Part shown: positions 37,501-39,169 of the stretch, one piece after another | How positions within the stretch are numbered: the stretch's first letter is position 1 | How the letters are laid out: each line of letters opens with the position of its first letter | From: a virus | Lineage: Duplodnaviria > Caudoviricetes | IMG/VR virus record: IMGVR_UViG_3300037657_000283 | Coordinates: 1 to 39,169 of that record | Reading direction: 5' to 3' (one strand) | DNA: 39,169 nt | The notes under the pieces: generated by a model | The model's database searches: none | What the model was told of the DNA's origin: nothing | What the model saw: only the letters and a program-made list of their open reading frames with translations | Position numbers and translations under genes: made by a program

Positions 37501-37658
37501 TCGGGCAAGAGTCAACTGTCGGTCGCGTGTTTCAATCGGGCGGCTCTTTCGTCGCGAATAAAAATCTTGAGATTACGCAACTGTATGACAAAATTGGGGG
37601 CACTGTGAATATTGCCCAGTTGGATATCAGCGGTGTGTTTCGCGAACGGAGAAGATGA
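34503..37658 (+). CDS. Large virion/tail protein with about five internal repeats
   Basis: Repeated EIQ..GGT...I.Y.A.AA.L..ALEA...VG.GNV.V.G..GGPW units; Thr/Gly/Ser-rich; ATG 34503. Confidence 0.8.
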   Translation: MSNYRGDYEAGTSVDFIDDTVSGASPFTLSGSPALKAYRSGDTTGSTAGITLSVDYNGTGLHRIVIDLTQDYYTPGHDYMIKFTAGAVDGVSVVGRIVADFSVENRFVPGDEPITGEVVPMATNIWRGTAVAKVGQKVFPVQQGSKPFKLVRNNQSLSFSTWNAVIIAKAINSNVNNIPEFSEVVATALGDGSLLLTDATPGLPAAELFNIVVEPTVTIEINRLGVDPISEIQLITLPATTTGGTWDLQVTVNGVVEVYDTLDHDITAAELEDEIEAHAEVGTGNVEVTGVAGGPWSVKYKNDLAGVDIPLMVGSGDDLTGNASVVVTTIQNGASSDEIGYFQMGVYLIYGVKFSYGGNTTAVITYGASTATIKAAIEALPGIGSGNIEVYGGFSKSINNFYGGSTSYGIFMVFKFTGSLAGQNVNALQMLRQYDPISSPDYNQTINATMITQGGTSFANTLVFIDARLNSGTSPSDTWTITVDGQTTSALSVRATTSEIDTAVTALSTVASVTVYGNSSASTLSKDCQGLYLLNFDGGDAGTDISPVSITLGGGLDPASTVGATVVNTGGASSEIQEFYITAAGGTFDVGIESDTASGIAYGASAATLQTALEATSGVGSGDVIVTGSGTESDPYRLEYAAALGGLNLAQVTVDISSITGGKDIAISNTQAPVAGVSMIEIIRIYNADGGTVLLTRNGIDVRIDWDATAVEVQTAFETLQGAGNAQVEGPNGGPWIITSIGDMANRAVGPLLYSTFSLTSSNGFADATRYPSEGPEYYNVPSNWSLGRVPQPLDEIIFDRSAKWPKYGTIQRCEVTANATLNRLSPVDTHDLIRGQIVRIKSSGTLPGGLTADTDYYIQSLDPVDGSFALTASYGGDAINISSTGSGTHKVFVPLANIVFLGAANYVGISQLNKAGYYDDRKRYLGIDTADNGTCSIGVNTGAGPSLLRIDFDDSQVNCDVISTSTSSESGTEPVILLNDNDNSEVNIYGGTLGIATEIGQESTVGRVFQSGGSFVANKNLEITQLYDKIGGTVNIAQLDISGVFRERRR

Positions 37659-37661
37659 TAA

Positions 37662-38369
37662 ATGGCTGAGAAACCGATATTCGGACTGACTCCAAATCAG
37701 TTCAAGGAATACTCGCAGATGGTCCGCTGGTGGCGAAAGCCGGACGAAAAGCCCGCACCACCAGAAGTCTTTTTGCGCCGCACGGTTTGCTTGTTGCGCG
37801 ACATTGCCGAATTCAATCAGCAAGTCGAAGCACTTATTCTGATCCCTTCAAGTAGTGGGGAACTGACTTTCTCTGTCGAGATATCCGGATTACTTTCGGA
37901 TGAATCATCTATGTTTCAATTCCGTTACAAGTCGGAACACTCAGATGATGTACCGACTGATGCCACGAACCAAGAAATTGAAGCGGCAATTCGTCAACTG
38001 TCACCCTGGAAGGATGCGGTGATGAGCATTTCTGGAGGCCCGCAAGCTCTTGATCAGAATGGAAAAGATGAGATTCTGCACCCTCAACGCTGGTTCGTGA
38101 CAATGACTGATGTGTACGATCCAGCATTGATCTGGACGGGAAGCCAGATCCAAAAGACAAATGCATTTGTGAATGTCACAAAAACAATGTGGAAGGCATC
38201 CACATCAATCATTCCTGTCCGTGGTTTCACCTGGAATGAAGATGCGATGATTTACGGCGCAGGTTCCATCTGCCTCGCTGACACCATTCAGGGTGTGGGG
38301 AATTTAATCACGCAAGTCGAACCTCGCATCTTTGCTTATCCAGCGCCTACACCAATCGGAGAATTATAA
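37662..38369 (+). CDS. Tail-associated protein with one copy of the same repeat
   Basis: FQFRYK...DVPTDATNQEIEAAIRQL...SGGP. Confidence 0.7.
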   Translation: MAEKPIFGLTPNQFKEYSQMVRWWRKPDEKPAPPEVFLRRTVCLLRDIAEFNQQVEALILIPSSSGELTFSVEISGLLSDESSMFQFRYKSEHSDDVPTDATNQEIEAAIRQLSPWKDAVMSISGGPQALDQNGKDEILHPQRWFVTMTDVYDPALIWTGSQIQKTNAFVNVTKTMWKASTSIIPVRGFTWNEDAMIYGAGSICLADTIQGVGNLITQVEPRIFAYPAPTPIGEL

Positions 38370-39169
38370 TGCCACTTTCTCGAGGGCATTTTGATCATTA
38401 CATAGGTGTCGGTTCAGGATTTCCGTCAGGAGTGCAGCAGAGCGACAACGGTTCGATCCTGAATGATCATTTTGCATATCCATTTGAAGATCAACAGACA
38501 TTGCCGCGTTATGTGTCAGTGGAATTCAAACGTCGAACCGATGTTGAGTTTCCCGACTACTTCAAGTACGACCCCGAAGGCGTATTTATCCTCGAACTCC
38601 AGGTGATCGACTCCATTCAAAAAATGGTCGACAGACGCGAGCAGTCACTCGGCAATATCTTTTATCCCTTTGGTGTGTTGTACGCCAACACGAACCCAGA
38701 TGGGGCTCCATGGTTTCTCAGCAACGGCCATATGATGTGGGACAGCACTCTCGGTAGATACTCGGTCTATAACGGTGGTCACACTGGATGGATGCTGTGG
38801 TACCAACGGAGTGTGATTGGATTCTCTGACTCTCCATTCAGCGATCCGTGGGAGTGGGATTTCGTATTTAACCAGGTGCGGTATGCATCATCACAATATG
38901 TAACGAGTACGGATCTGCATGAATTTGAATCCGGTCCCGTACTGCAGGGGGTGCGTCGATACAATCCATTTCGCCGATGTGTCTGGGATTATGTCGCAAC
39001 GAGTTGGAAGGATGTCGGTGGCGATCGATTCACTCCCCTGGGTGTCTTTGGCGAAACAGATCGAGAGCTCTCATATCCCAACTATTACGAAACACATTTA
39101 GAGATGACGTCGAAAGTGATCACGAAGCCGTTTTTTGGAGGTCGCGTGAAGCCTGAGTTACTGTCCTGA
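38369..39169 (+). CDS. Hypothetical aromatic-rich protein
   Basis: TAATG overlap, GGAG SD; stop coincides with the window end. Confidence 0.7.
   Translation: MPLSRGHFDHYIGVGSGFPSGVQQSDNGSILNDHFAYPFEDQQTLPRYVSVEFKRRTDVEFPDYFKYDPEGVFILELQVIDSIQKMVDRREQSLGNIFYPFGVLYANTNPDGAPWFLSNGHMMWDSTLGRYSVYNGGHTGWMLWYQRSVIGFSDSPFSDPWEWDFVFNQVRYASSQYVTSTDLHEFESGPVLQGVRRYNPFRRCVWDYVATSWKDVGGDRFTPLGVFGETDRELSYPNYYETHLEMTSKVITKPFFGGRVKPELLS

Larger units (their letters stand above)
1..39169. mobile_element. Temperate siphovirus-like phage/prophage, near complete
   Basis: Integrase, recombination/replication, terminase, portal, capsid, tail tube, chaperone and tape-measure genes in lambdoid order; no sheath gene recognised. 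Confidence 0.95.

Noticed and set aside
33514-39169. Diversity-generating retroelement acting on tail genes
   Set aside because: No reverse transcriptase and no TR/VR pair noticed within the window
1-39169. Alternative genetic code suggested by the odd tRNA-like genes
   Set aside because: Core genes are full length in the standard code and TAA, TGA and TAG all occur as stops

Overview
The window is a near-complete temperate tailed phage (siphovirus-like prophage), trimmed from the integrase stop codon (position 1) to the stop of a distal tail gene (39169); no att sites are visible. Gene order: tyrosine integrase and a non-HTH leftward gene; an AT-rich divergent control region; two tandem Nu1/Xis-like wHTH paralogs; an RNA cluster (tRNA-fMet, a tRNA-like element, a structured leader); a CsrA-like gene; recombination/replication genes (3'-5' exonuclease, RecT-like, SSB-like, RecD2 helicase, HNH, beta-class MTase, ERCC4 nuclease, P4-type primase-helicase); a leftward accessory cassette with its own promoter/operator; a ~200 bp palindrome; a promoter-terminator leader; a membrane-protein block with a papain-like protease and a lipoprotein where lysis genes normally sit; then terminase, lambda-type portal, protease/scaffold, capsid, tail and tail-tip genes. 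A Planctomycetota-like host is my inference from protein content only. The most notable items are the protease-centred candidate lysis block with no recognisable endolysin, two tRNA mimics with aberrant anticodon loops, the anti-defence-like cassette with repeated leaders, a paired 20 bp operator, and a collapsed C5-methyltransferase minigene. All family calls come from motif recognition, not database searches.
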